In this document: positions 25,470-37,387 of the stretch, in pieces | Layout: each line of letters begins with the position of its first letter | Numbering within the stretch: position 1 is the stretch's first letter | DNA from: Octopus sinensis | Taxonomy: Eukaryota | Reading direction: 5' to 3' | Assembly: GCF_006345805.1 (NCBI RefSeq) | Contig: NC_042998.1 | Location: 145,204,001-145,268,000 of the forward strand | Length of the DNA stretch: 64,000 nt | The notes under the pieces: generated by a model | What the model was told of the DNA's origin: nothing | The model's input: the letters and a program-made list of their open reading frames with translations, nothing else | The model's database searches: none | Made by a program: the position numbers and the translations under genes

Positions 25470-25900
25470 AAACACCTTGTTAAATGGAAATTTTATTATC
25501 TAATACGGAGTTGGTTCAACTTTGGCATTAATCACGGCTTTAATACGTCGAGCAATTGACTCGTGCGGGTTCTGAACGGTTGTTAGGGGAATTAGAAGCC
25601 ATTCTGCAAATAAAACCTGCTTTAGCTCTTCAGTGGTGATGGCGGGGAGAGAAAACGTTTCCATACTTGCTGCTCCAAAATACATCACAAATGTTCGATT
25701 ATACTGAGATCCGGTGATTATACTGAGATCCGGAAATCTAAGTGGTATACTTCACTCTTGCACCCTGTGAATGATGATTCATCAATGAAGACATTGTTTC
25801 ATTAAGACGTTATTGGCATATCCTCCATGCTTTCCAGGTTTCTGTTGATGGAATCAGCGTCTTTGGTGAGTAGTACCTAAGCCGAGAGTGGATAATGCAT
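25470..25900 (-). mobile_element. Tc1-like transposase relic with internal deletion
   Basis: Minus: NNVFIDESSFT, then PDLSIIEHL*CILEQQV, then EELKQVLFAEWLLIPLTTVQNPHESIARRIKAVINAKVEPTPY*; 19-bp-period tandem duplication at 25697-25733. Confidence 0.8.
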
Positions 25901-26275
25901 GACTGGAGGATGTTAAGGAGGAATGAACGGTAATGTAATCTGTATAAAAGGGTGTTTTTTGGAAGTGATGACAAATAAGCCATTGGTGTTTGCTAAGGAA
26001 AAAATAGGGAGAGACAAAACCGAACCCTAGGGCCTACCGGAGTTGATATATTGAGAGACAAAAAAGGACTTCGTCAACACATTCTGCAATAGTACAATCT
26101 GACTGGAAGCTATCGATCCATCAGAGAAGAGAGACGGATGTTATAAGCTTTAAGCAGGCAGTTTCCTTACGAGAGTCGCATGCCAAACACAGTCGAAAGC
26201 TTTACTAATGGCAAGGTGGACAGCATTGCATAAATCGAATTTATGACAGTCACTAATACTCAGTGGTGACCAAAT

Positions 26276-26310
<35 letters not shown>

Positions 26311-27848
26311 GCGCACACACACGCGCTCGCGCGCTTGCTCAGATATGCTTGCATATTCACGCACAAACATGTATACATACATGCCAAAGTTTCACAAATA
26401 TACAAAACTAACATCATTCAACGCCCATATCATTCAACTACGGTAGTAGTTGAATAATATCCTTAGGGCCGCAATTTACTCACACGCAGGATCTTTCAGA
26501 GCTTGTCGCTAATTCAGTTCTTAACCAAATTAAAAACTGTTAACATTTTTGAAGAGGACTGGTTTCCAGCTACATTTTGGTATAAAAACATTGAGATTTA
26601 GTCCAGTAGAAAAAAAGTTTACATCAAAATTTGTAGCAACGTTATAGGAGAGTAAGTAACGCATCCAATCAAGTTTAGATCTAAATAACTTTTTTTATTT
26701 TAAAAGCAAAATATATTTATCTTAGCTTCAATGATAGAAGAAAGCATGAAGAATTTCACAATTCTGATCCCAAGCAACAAAAATTTGCATAAAAAATGTA
26801 AGGTAAAATATCATGAAAAAATATAAGGCAAAAAATTGGATTCAAGTATAATAAACATTTTTATTTTAAAAAACAAACTATATTTTAATTAAGCTTTAAT
26901 GATAGAGCTCACTTCGATGAATTTCATAGTATCAATCTCATGCAATGAAGTTTTAAAAGAAAGAAGTTATGAATGTTTGTTTCTCAAATTTGAAGGTGGT
27001 AATATAGTTCTATACCTTTTTATGAATCTAGTTCTATAAGGGGGCTTTTAATATGCTACCGGCATCATTGAGGTAAGGAAAAAATTATCAACGACACCGC
27101 TAATTGATACATTTGACATATTACTAATTAACAATAGCATAGCCTGGAAAAAACATGGATTACATGGAAAAATACGAGCAAGATAAATAATATTCTTAAG
27201 ATTATAAACTTGGAAAATTACAGGACAAGTTATTGCATCTGGTAATGAACAGAACAAGAAAATTTTTACTTAAAATATTGCAGCTAAGGATAAAATTTGA
27301 ATATTAAAAATTACTTGATTTTAATTTACAAAGTAACATTATAATGAAAAAAAGTTACCATCATTTTGTTGAAATATTGACACACTAAAATACTTAAAGA
27401 ATGAGAGCCAGAAGTACCAATATAGCTAAAGTTTTATGCAAAGTAGAACAGTATGTATATGGTAAGTAAATTCATTATGTAAAAAATAGGCATTGGGTCA
27501 AGACTAAAAATGGGAAGACTTGGCAATAACTTAGGCAATAACTCAAGCAAATATAACTGTGAATTTGTTGTTATAGATAGATTTTACTGTGATATATAAC
27601 TAACTTTTGTATTGTTCTATTTATTGCACTAATTATGTACTACTATTATGTTTTATAACTTATTTTCAAATTTCTAATTATTAATTAATATTTTAAAAAA
27701 TGAGGTGCAAAAAATATTTTAATTGAGTTATTTTTAATAGAAGTAACAATTAATAACAAATAGAAGTAATAACTTGTAATAAAACTTTTAGTTTTAATAA
27801 AAGCTAATATCTTCTAAATTTGAATATTTCATTCGAAACTTTATCCTT

Positions 27849-28262
27849 AGGCGTAGGAGTGGCTGTGTGGTAAGTAGCTTGCTAACCAACCACATGGTTC
27901 CGGGTTCAGTCCCACTGCGTGGCACCTTGGGCAAGTGTCTTCTGCTATAGCCCCGGGCTGACCAATGCCTTGTGAGTGGATTTGGTAGACGGAAACTGAA
28001 AGAAGCCTGTCGTATACATGTGTATATATATATATTATGTATGTGTGTGTGTGTTTGTGTTTGTACCCCTAGCATTGCTTGACAACCGATGCTGGTGCTT
28101 ACGTCCCCGTCACTTAGCGGTTCGGCAAAAAGAGACCGATAGAATAAGTACTGGGCTTACAAAGAATAAGTTCCGGGGTCGATTTGCTCGACTAAAGGCG
28201 GTGCTCCAGCATGGCCGCAGTCAAATGACTGAAACAAGTAAAAGAGTAAAAGAGTAAAGAGA
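27849..28262 (+). mobile_element. SINE family A, full length
   Basis: AGGCGTAGGAGTGGCTGTGTGGTAAGTAGCTTGCTAACCAACCACATGGTTCCGGGTTCAGTCCC head, internal (TA)/(TG) tract, (TAAAAGAG)n tail. Confidence 0.93.
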
Positions 28263-28298
28263 GTTAGCCGCAATATTTTAAGGATGCAAATTCGAGGT

Positions 28299-28477
28299 GG
28301 GTGGTTAAGTTGATTATATCGGCCTCCAGTATTCAACTGGTACCTATTTTATCGACTCCAAAAGGATGAAAGGCAAAGTCGACCTCAGTGGAATTTGAAT
28401 TCAGAACGTAAAAACGGACGAAATGCCGTTAGCCATTTTGCCCGGCGTGCTACCGATTTAGTCAGCTCGCCGCCTTA
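28299..28477 (-). mobile_element. SINE family B
   Basis: Reverse complement of the family B head and core. Confidence 0.85.
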
Positions 28478-28630
28478 GTGTTAATAAAAATATTGGTTTC
28501 ACATTTTGGCACGAGGCCAGCAATTTCGGGGGAAAGAGTAAGTCGATTACATCGATCTCAGTGTTCAACAGGTACTTATTTTATCGCCTCCTTTTTGTTA
28601 AAAAAAATCAAAAAGACAAAAAATACTCAC

Positions 28631-29015
28631 ATGGTGGTGTGGTTAAGAAGCGGTGTGATTAAGAAGGTGTGGTACCTTGGCAAGAGTTTTCTCGTATAGT
28701 TCCGGGATGATCCATGTCTTGTGAGTGAATTTGGTAGACGGAAGCAGTGTGGAAGTCCGTCATATATATGGACAATCTTCACTTACGCACATACTTACGT
28801 GTGTGTGTGTGTGTGGTGTGTGTGTGTGTGCGCGCGCATGTGCGTCTGTGTGTGTGTGTGTCTATGTATGTGTGCGTATTTGTTCTCCACCAATTTTTGA
28901 CAACCGGAGTTGGTTTGTTTACGTTCACGTAATTTAGTGGTTCGGCAATAGTGACGGTAAAACAAATAACAGATTTTAAAAATAAATACTGGGGTTGATT
29001 TGTTCGACTAAAACT
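28631..29015 (+). mobile_element. SINE family A, diverged
   Basis: GTGTGGTTAAGAAG...GTGAATTTGGTAGACGGAAG...TTTGACAACCGGAG...GGGGTTGATTTGTTCGAC. Confidence 0.75.
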
Positions 29016-29143
29016 ATTATTCCCAACCATTTTTATTTACCCCTTTGGATCCCTTTGATTCCTGTTTTACAGAGGTGGACCCTCATAGCCATTCAATGTT
29101 TAAAACATCCTATTATATTTTTATTTATCTTTTATGTTTTACT

Positions 29144-29406
29144 TGTTTCAGTTATTAAACTGCGGCCATTTAGTAATTTTTAGACGAATGAATCGACCCC
29201 AGTACTTATTTATTATTTAAAGTCTGGTACTTACGCTATCGGTCTTTCATGCCGAACCACTAAGTTACGGGGCCGTAAACACAACACCGGTTGTTGGTGG
29301 GAGACATCCTCAGACATAAAGAAACACTTACACACACATACACACGCACACACACACTCACTCACACGCATGCACTCACTCATAAACATTCACACGTTCA
29401 CTCACT

Positions 29407-29446
<40 letters not shown>

Positions 29447-29617
29447 TACATACACACAACGGGCTTCTTTCAGTTTCCGTCTGCCGCATCCACTCGCAAG
29501 GCTTTGGTCGCCCCGAGGCTATAGTAGAAGACGCCTAAGTTGCCACGCAGTACGACAGAATCCGAAATCATGTGGTTGGGAAGCAAACTTGTTACTACAC
29601 AGTCATGCCTGCGCCTA
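29144..29617 (-). mobile_element. SINE family A
   Basis: GGGCTTCTTTCAGTTTCCGTCT...CATGTGGTTGGGAAGCAAAC on plus is the reverse complement of family A. Confidence 0.88.
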
Positions 29618-29923
29618 TTATCAAACATTATTAAGAATTGCAATAAAAACAAATTGTTAAAATAATTTGTGTATTGCGGAAGTATAACCAATTTATTGTA
29701 CATAAAATTTCACAATAAAAATCTCATACGAACTACTGGGCGAAGCACTTTAACGTAGTGCCCCAGCATGGCCGCAGTGCAATGACTGAATCAAGTAGAT
29801 TAGAAAGTTATGCAGATACACCATGAAAATATAAACGAGTACACGGATTCATAAACAAGCACACAACACACACATACCGATATGTACACAATACATATAG
29901 GTGACACACACACACACACACAC

Positions 29924-30005
<82 letters not shown>

Positions 30006-30137
30006 CATGCATGAAGTAATACAATCACATGCTCACATATACATACCTAACCGTAAGATTATTAAATCACTTATTTGAATATACATTTGTTCATACATAC
30101 ATACACACATACATACATACATACATACATACATACA

Positions 30138-30169
<32 letters not shown>

Positions 30170-30832
30170 CGCACATATATACATTTGTTAATACTTGTAT
30201 TGAAATGCATATACACTAAGACATATATACATACGATTCTACGTGTGTGTGTGTGTGTGTGTATAGACATATATGTTTGTATATGTATATCTATCTAAAC
30301 ATACAGAGTTTCTACAGTGTTCTGTCAACAGCTGGCAGACGATCAGATGCACAAGGTTTATTATCTCACCTATCCAACTCGATAGATGGCGATATATTCT
30401 AAAACACTTGACGCCTCAAAGCAGAGCGATCGTTTTACTCAAGACGCTATTTTAATGGACGGCATCCGACTGCGTAGATGAAAGATGGAACTCCAGAAAC
30501 GCCGTTCTTAATCCTACTTCAGAACCATATTGGAGACATTCAAAGCGCTGATATGTCCGCTTTGATCATTTGCTCATCTGCCAATCAAAATTTCGTTTTT
30601 AGTACATAATATGCTGGACCGACCGCTTCCCCTTACGGTTTGCTATTTGCTCATTACTGTTCATCTCAAAAGCATTCGTAACTTTTCTCCAAAGATGTCT
30701 GAAGTGATAAGATGACCAGCGTGTAATTATGTGACGAACACTGACGACATTTACTACCACCGTTATTATTGTATATTGTCATCATTATCGTCGTCGTCCT
30801 CGCTGTTATTGTTGCCGTTGTTGTTGTTCCTA

Positions 30833-30903
<71 letters not shown>

Positions 30904-31384
30904 GTTATTATTATTATTATCATCAAACGTTTCGTTTTTGAGCTATGTACAACTGACCGATCTAAATGCAAGGACAAACGCATAAAGTCATCATTATGTG
31001 ATGCTTCCACCCCTCTCTCTCTTCCTCTTTTTGTTTATGTGGTATATTCTAGATTCAGTAAGTAAAGATAAAAAGTAGAAAGGAAATAGAGTAAAAGTGA
31101 AGAGTTGAACGGAATAGCGTTCAACATTAAGAGAAATGGACGATATCAAATGTCTTATAATGCGCACGCTCACACGCACACACGCATACGCACGTGCACA
31201 CACACACACACACACGCGCACACACATACTCGTATGTAGACACATATACGTGCACATTCACATGCATACAAAACAAACGCAAAATATACAAAACATGCAT
31301 ACTGTCTCTCTCTGAATTGATAGATCTAGTGATATAGATATACATGTGTGTGTGTGCGTGTGTGTGCGTGTGTGTGTTTCTGTA

Positions 31385-31461
31385 TATATATATATATATG
31401 TACCTATACCAATTTTATATACATATGCGTACATATATTTGTATATACATTTACACACACA

Positions 31462-31518
<57 letters not shown>

Positions 31519-31592
31519 TATATATATATATATATATATGTACCTATACCAATTTTATATACATATGCGTACATATATTTGTATATACATTT

Positions 31593-31647
<55 letters not shown>

Positions 31648-31665
31648 TATATATATATATATATA
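31385..31665. repeat. 140-bp tandem duplication within a microsatellite field
   Basis: TGTACCTATACCAATTTTATATACATATGCGTACATATATTTG occurs at 31399 and 31539. Confidence 0.9.
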
Positions 31666-32114
31666 CATGCATTATATGTATACACATATATTTATATATA
31701 TATTTACATGCATATATATATATATGCTTATATATCTGTTTGTATGTATCTAGCGATATATTTGCAGAAATATGAGCGCGTACGAACATGCACACACACA
31801 TACACGCGCGCACGCGCACACACATTATTAAAGAAGACTAGGTTTTAGAATTGATTCCTGGCAATAAAAGCTGTTAAAGTTATTTGTAACGTATGGAGAG
31901 AATATTTTCTGATATAATAAATCTTCAGAAATGAGAAGTGTCGAAAGTAAAAAGTAAAGTTAAAAAAATATGGCATAATTCGAAGTTAATGTTTCAATTC
32001 ATCACTGCACCACGTTTCCTACGTTCTAGAGATCAATTTTATCCTTTGAGATAAAACCGATTGCCTAAATTTTGTTGTATTGTGTGTAGGGAATTATACC
32101 AATAATCAACAGCT

Positions 32115-32300
32115 TTTCCGCTATAGGCACAAGGCCTAAAATTTATGGGGAGGGGGCTAGCCAATTACATAAACCCCAGTGCTCAACTGGTACTTATTTT
32201 ATCGACTCGGAAAAGATGAAAGGCGAATTCAACCCCGGCAGAATTTGAACTGAGAACATGAAGACGGACGAAGTACTGTTAAAGATTTTGTCCGGTGCCA
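32115..32300 (-). mobile_element. SINE family B
   Basis: CCCCAGTGCTCAACTGGTACTTATTTTATCGAC...GAATTTGAACTGAGAAC on plus. Confidence 0.8.
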
Positions 32301-32735
32301 ATAACAAACGCACGCACTGGTTCTATTTCCCTTTTTCCTTCTTATTCGTTAATTGGTTAACTATTTAGCCAATTAACTAATCGATTGCTTGGTCATTGCT
32401 TAATCATTCGGTTAATTAATCAATCAGTTATATTTGCCAAAGTCCTTTCGTTGCCATTCACATTATCAGTGGCATGCCCTCTCTATTCCAGGTTAGCTTC
32501 AGGTTTTCAGGTCTGGTTGTGTAAGCGAACGCAAAACTTCGCGAATCTTGGCACCAGCTTCAACACATCATCGGTTTCGAATGAATAACTATACTCTTCT
32601 ACCTGTATTGAGTACTTCCTACTACTTATACAAATGCAGACTCTTAAAATCATACAAATCACATACACATATCTACTAAGATACATACACTCATAAGTAT
32701 ACAACACACACACACACACACATACACACACACAC

Positions 32736-32778
<43 letters not shown>

Positions 32779-32989
32779 ACACACACATACACACACACAC
32801 ACATTCACACACATGCACGCACATAAAATCACAGAGATGCTCGTAGCTCCACTTATTAATACGATAGTGACGTCTTGAGCAATATGGGCAAGTATTTTTG
32901 TAAGAAAGGTATATATATTGAACCGATATATTTTTGTGAGAAGGGTTTTTAACGCTAAAATAATCTTAATAACTAATTGGCCTCCAAAT

Positions 32990-33190
32990 CGCCGGGCAAA
33001 ATGTTTACGTCAAAATGAGCGGTATTACGCCTGTCTTTAAGTTCTGAGTTCACATTACACCGAGGTTGACATTGCTTTTCATCATTTTGGGTTCGGTAAA
33101 ATATGTACCAGTTGAGCGCTGGAGTCGATGTAATCGACTTACTCCCAGCCCGTAAATTGCTGGCCTTGTGTCAAAATTTCAAACCGATAT
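32990..33190 (+). mobile_element. SINE family B
   Basis: GTTCTGAGTTCAC...GAGGTTGAC...GTACCAGTTGAGCGCTGGAGTCGATGTAATCGAC. Confidence 0.8.
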
Positions 33191-33472
33191 ATTAAACACT
33201 GATGTCTACTAACGCACTGCGTCATAAGCTGTCTGTCGGTCTGACTCACACGTTCATATGCACACCCATACACATGCACGTGCGCTGTTGATAGATGGAA
33301 TTGAAAAAGCAACTTTTAATAATTAATATTGTCAGGTGTATAGAAACCAGGCTATTGAAATATAAATGACAAACTATCTTTCTGTGTGTGTATTTACGTA
33401 TGTCAATGTTTGTAGATATATATGAATCTAAATGTACATTACACAAATACACACACACACATATATGCATAC

Positions 33473-33519
<47 letters not shown>

Positions 33520-33644
33520 TATCTATCTATCTATACATGCATACATAGAAACTCGCACGCGCGCGCACACACCACACACACACGCATACACATTAATTTG
33601 TATACATTACGACCGATCTTACTATAATACTGTATACTTCGACT

Positions 33645-33842
33645 ATTATGACGGGCTCCTTTGGGTAAAAGAAAATACAGGAGGCTCAGTTGATTATGAT
33701 TTTATTCAACTTATTCCCTTTCCAGATTCTCGCACTTATTGCAGAGCTCCTTTCTAATTCCTGTAAAACAACTTGGAAGTTTGGGTCTCCAGCCAAGCCT
33801 TTCGTGATACTGTTAAAGCCAGGAACTTTTCAAAACCCCTTT
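33645..33842. mobile_element. Mariner-type MITE, decayed
   Basis: Homologous to 17016-17235 (TTTGGGTAAAAGAAAATACAGGAGG...AAAGCCAGGAACTTTTCA). Confidence 0.75.
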
Positions 33843-33885
33843 TAAAGTCCACACTATTGACAATACGAGAAGATATTGTTTCTGA

Positions 33886-33932
<47 letters not shown>

Positions 33933-33936
<4 letters not shown>

Positions 33937-34345
33937 CATTATATAAAAGGGCTTAGTAAAATAAATTACTTTGCCGCATACTGAACTCGTTAGAAATAGC
34001 AGCTAAAAAAACTTTTTATAAAACTATTTCTAACACTTAAAGAAAACCTCTCTCATATAGTGTTTGCTCAATTCAATCAAGGAAGTATGGGGGTAGAGAC
34101 ATTAAAAAATCAATGCAAAGGTTATTTGAGTACGTACGTTTCAAGATTAGTCAAAATAGAAATAGTTTTATAAAAAGTTTTTTTAGCTGCTATTTCTAAC
34201 GAGTTCAGTATGCGGCAAACTAATTTATTTTACTAAGCCCTTTTATATAATGTAATAATTTGAATTCGCCTTAAATGGTCCCTTTGCATACTGAATACTT
34301 GGTGAAATTGATTAATTAATTAATTAATTTTACCCTCAATTGTTG
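33933..34345 (-). mobile_element. PLE-like UTR fragment with a 100-bp inverted duplication
   Basis: 33933-34032 is the reverse complement of 34157-34256 (1 mismatch); the spacer holds GAAACGTACGTA on minus. Confidence 0.6.
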
Positions 34346-34403
34346 AAATATATATATATATATATATATATAAGAAAGTTGGTTTGTGAAAGAACGTGGT
34401 TGA

Positions 34404-34995
34404 ATATATAGAAAATAGTAAAAAGTGAAAAAACTACAGAAGGCTTAAAGGTTAAAAAATATATATATTTGCGTCAATATGTCTGAAGAATATTAAAAAA
34501 TTTTTTCCCCCCTTACAATGACATAGTTTAGAAGAAAGACCGGTTTCGCGTTTAGCTTTTCAAATTTCTTACGACGTTATGTTTATGTTGAATAGAGTTA
34601 TCGTTATGTTTATGTTTAAAAGAGTTCTAAAGAAGGGGAGGTAATGAGTGATTTCTTCCGGTGTAAGGGAGATAATCGCTTAAAATTTTTTTCCTTTCCC
34701 TTGGTGTGAATTTCTCTGTATCAGTATGTTGGCATGGTTAAGTCTGGGCTTGTACTTTTCAATGAAGAATGTTTCCTTGTTTAGTCTAATTTGTGTTGAT
34801 GATCCGAAAGCACATTGGTAAAATGGAAAGATTAAAAATTGTGGTAGTAGTTGCTAAACGCGAAACCGGTCTTTCTTCTAAACTATGTCATTGTAAGGGG
34901 AAAAAAATGTTTAATATTCTTCAGACATATTGACGCAAATATATATATTTTTTAACCTTTAAGCCTTCTGTAGTTTTTCACTTTTTACTATTTTC

Positions 34996-35001
<6 letters not shown>
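34404..35001 (-). mobile_element. PLE 3' fragment with inverted pseudo-LTR copy
   Basis: Minus IYQCAFGSSTQIRLNKETFFIEKYKPRLN (GIY-YIG C-terminus, similar to about 1800-1870); arms 34404-34556 and 34853-35001 are inverted, near-identical. Confidence 0.82.
34532..34570 (-). ncRNA. Minimal HHR motif, U3-A8 core variant, one extra U before the core
   Basis: Minus: AAGAAA t TTGAAAA GC-taaac-GC GAAA CCGG TC TTTCTT; helix I AAGAAA/TTTCTT, palindrome ACCGGT, GUC triplet. Confidence 0.6.
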
Positions 35002-35078
<77 letters not shown>

Positions 35079-35099
35079 TGTACATACATATGCATACAC

Positions 35100-35465
35100 A
35101 TATACACAAGAGGTCCACAAAAACACGCTGCTGTCTATTAAAAAACTATAGGTATATTCCGTCAGGACAGATGTTAGCGTTTTATACATAGTTGTTAAGC
35201 AGGTTATAGGTCTATAGTTTTTGGGTTCATTTGTTTCTTCACTTTTTGGGAGCAGGAATGTTAAACCATTAACTAGCCAAGCAGGCATCCTACAAAACAT
35301 CATTGTACAGTTCTTTTAGCAGTTCATGGCACTCTGGGAAGGCATTCAACCAGAAGTTAGGAATTTTATCCTTTCCTGGAGACTTCCATTTGCTTGACCT
35401 CCTGAGAGCAGATCTTATATCTTCTACCTTGACACCCTCCCACTTTTGCTCCTCTATTCTATCCT
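35100..35465 (-). mobile_element. R4/Dong-type LINE RT N-terminal fragment
   Basis: KVEDIRSALRRSSKWKSPGKDKIPNFWLNAF, then after a frameshift PAWLVNGLTFLLPKSEETNEPKNYRPITCLTTMYKTLTS. Confidence 0.88.
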
Positions 35466-35479
35466 ATTCTATCATTATT

Positions 35480-36030
35480 ATTATTTATGTTGGTTGTACA
35501 ACGGAACAATTAAACAAAAGGTTTAATGGGCACAGATTCAACGTCAGGCACAATAACAGTAGTTCAACAGAACTTGCCGAACATTTCGTTTCAAGCGGCT
35601 GCAATTTTGAAGAAGACTTGAAAGTGCATATTCTCAGAAAATATTCTGAATCTACTTCGCTTTCACTTTTCAGAATGTATGAGGAGAAATATGTTTGCAG
35701 GTTATTAACATCACGCCCTGGAGGGATGAATAAGATGGTAGGAGAATATCATCAAATTTATACAAAGCTGTTTGATTAAATATTCTTCTTTCTCTCTTTT
35801 TCTTTCTTTTTTTCTGTCGTCTTCTTTTTTTCTGTTTTTTCTTTCTTTTCGCCTGTTAAAGACTTAAAAACTGATGATGTCATTCCATCAACGTGTGGAC
35901 GCTACTTGCTCTCGCTCATACTCTACGTTTAAATTTCTGAATTTTTATCACTTCTTATTTTGAACTTGACAAAGACAGACATACTGTTGAAATATCGTTC
36001 AATAAAGTACAATCGAATCGCACTCTTCGT
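35480..36030 (+). mobile_element. PLE 3' fragment: uninterrupted C-terminal GIY-YIG frame, 3' UTR, HHR, AATAAA
   Basis: IYVGCTTEQLNKRFNGHRFNVRHNNSSSTELAEHF...EEKYVCRLLTSRPGGMNK...LFD* (stop 35779). Confidence 0.88.
35960..36002 (+). ncRNA. Minimal type I HHR with U3-A8 core variant
   Basis: TTGAAC TTGACAA A(G)ACAG-acata-CTGTT GAAA TATC GTTCAA: 6-bp helix I, 5-bp bulged helix II, palindrome ATAT, AUC triplet (cleavage after 35996), AATAAA at 36001. Confidence 0.75.
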
Positions 36031-36339
36031 CTTGACTTTACCTTTGTGAAGAGTTACGTCAATACATTTTTAAAATATATTATTATTATTATTATTGTTG
36101 TTGTTGTTGTTGTTGTTGTTATAAAGCTATTACGTGACATTTTTTGACATGTCATCTCAAATCTTAAGAATCCTTTTTTAGGATCCTTGCTGAATATAGG
36201 ATGGCACTTTTCTGCAAGCTGACAATGCGAGTCTCAATTCCAACATCTATCAGTATCTTAGGTAGAAATTTGGGTGTTGATCCAAACAAGTGCACTAATT
36301 ACCACAAGAATCATTATCGTCTTAGTCTTTCACAGTTTC

Positions 36340-36589
36340 TGGATCTTTTCCTTTTGATGGACGGAATTCAACACAATTTCTAGTTAACTAAACAATTTGA
36401 AACTTCGTATACTGGTAGAATGTGTTAAAAGAAAACATTATTTTCACTTGGCTTTTTTGATAAATTTGTAATTTGTAAGTTTAACGTAGTTTAATTCTTC
36501 GAATTTTAACCAATGAATTGCCAGCATTTGAGCTCAAATCATTTGCTGCGTCAAAAAACTCAGACAACATCCTGTTACAACGTAAACAG

Positions 36590-36651
<62 letters not shown>

Positions 36652-36808
36652 TTATTCATCCTTCTCTCTTCTGTCTGTCTCGCTCATCGATATTGATAAA
36701 CAAACGAGGGAGCATGAGCTAGAAATAATGAATTTCGTCGCCCAATAAAAATATTAACGGTATTTTTTGAATATTTTCTTTATTTTTTTTTACCTAAAAG
36801 GCTTCTCC
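36340..36808 (-). mobile_element. MITE, GGGATCTTTTCC-TIR family, copy 1 with (CA)n insertion
   Basis: Inverted homologue of 37388-37682; far TIR degraded. Confidence 0.75.
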
Positions 36809-37387
36809 CATGGTTTTGAAGGGCCAAAAAACAAAACAATAATATGCCTAAATCGGTCTAGAGTGGGATATGAGGGTGCGCGTGGAGTGTGGGTCGTATT
36901 GTAAAAATTTGCGAAATAGTTTTTCATAAAAGGATGCCCCAGCTTGTCGGAGGCTGTGATATAAATTGGGAAAAAAGATCCTCGACACCAGTGCGTAATT
37001 GGTACTTAATTTATCGACCCCGAAACGATGAAACATTGACACCCCCATTTCTGGTTTATTTACCTTTTGTGTAAATTTGTTCCGGCAAGGGGCAAAACAT
37101 AGAGGGGACAAAGCATGAGATACAAAAGTATTAAGTCGATTCTATCGACACCAGTGTGAACTCACGAACGTGTATGTATGCTTGTGTGCGTATGTGTGTG
37201 TATGTATATCTCCGTTTGTATGTGTGTGTACGTTTGTATGTGTGTGTACACTTATATATATATGCGTATAAGCATGTATCTTTGTGTATGTCTATGTATA
37301 CTTGTCTGTGTGTGCATGTGTGCGTGTGTATGTATATTTACTTCTATATGCAGGCGCGCTTGTATATGCAAGTGTTTGTATGCGTGT

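Noticed and set aside
30300-30720. CpG-richer island resembling an old LINE fragment or exon
   Set aside because: All frames broken, no diagnostic motif or paired splice sites.
32505-32610. Minus frame VEEYSYSFETDDVLKLVPRFAKFCVRLHNQT* as a terminal exon
   Set aside because: Acceptor lacks a pyrimidine tract and a comparable acceptor exists on the opposite strand; indistinguishable from chance.
35870-35905. CTGATGA followed by a tgtc/gacg stem
   Set aside because: No GAAA after the stem.
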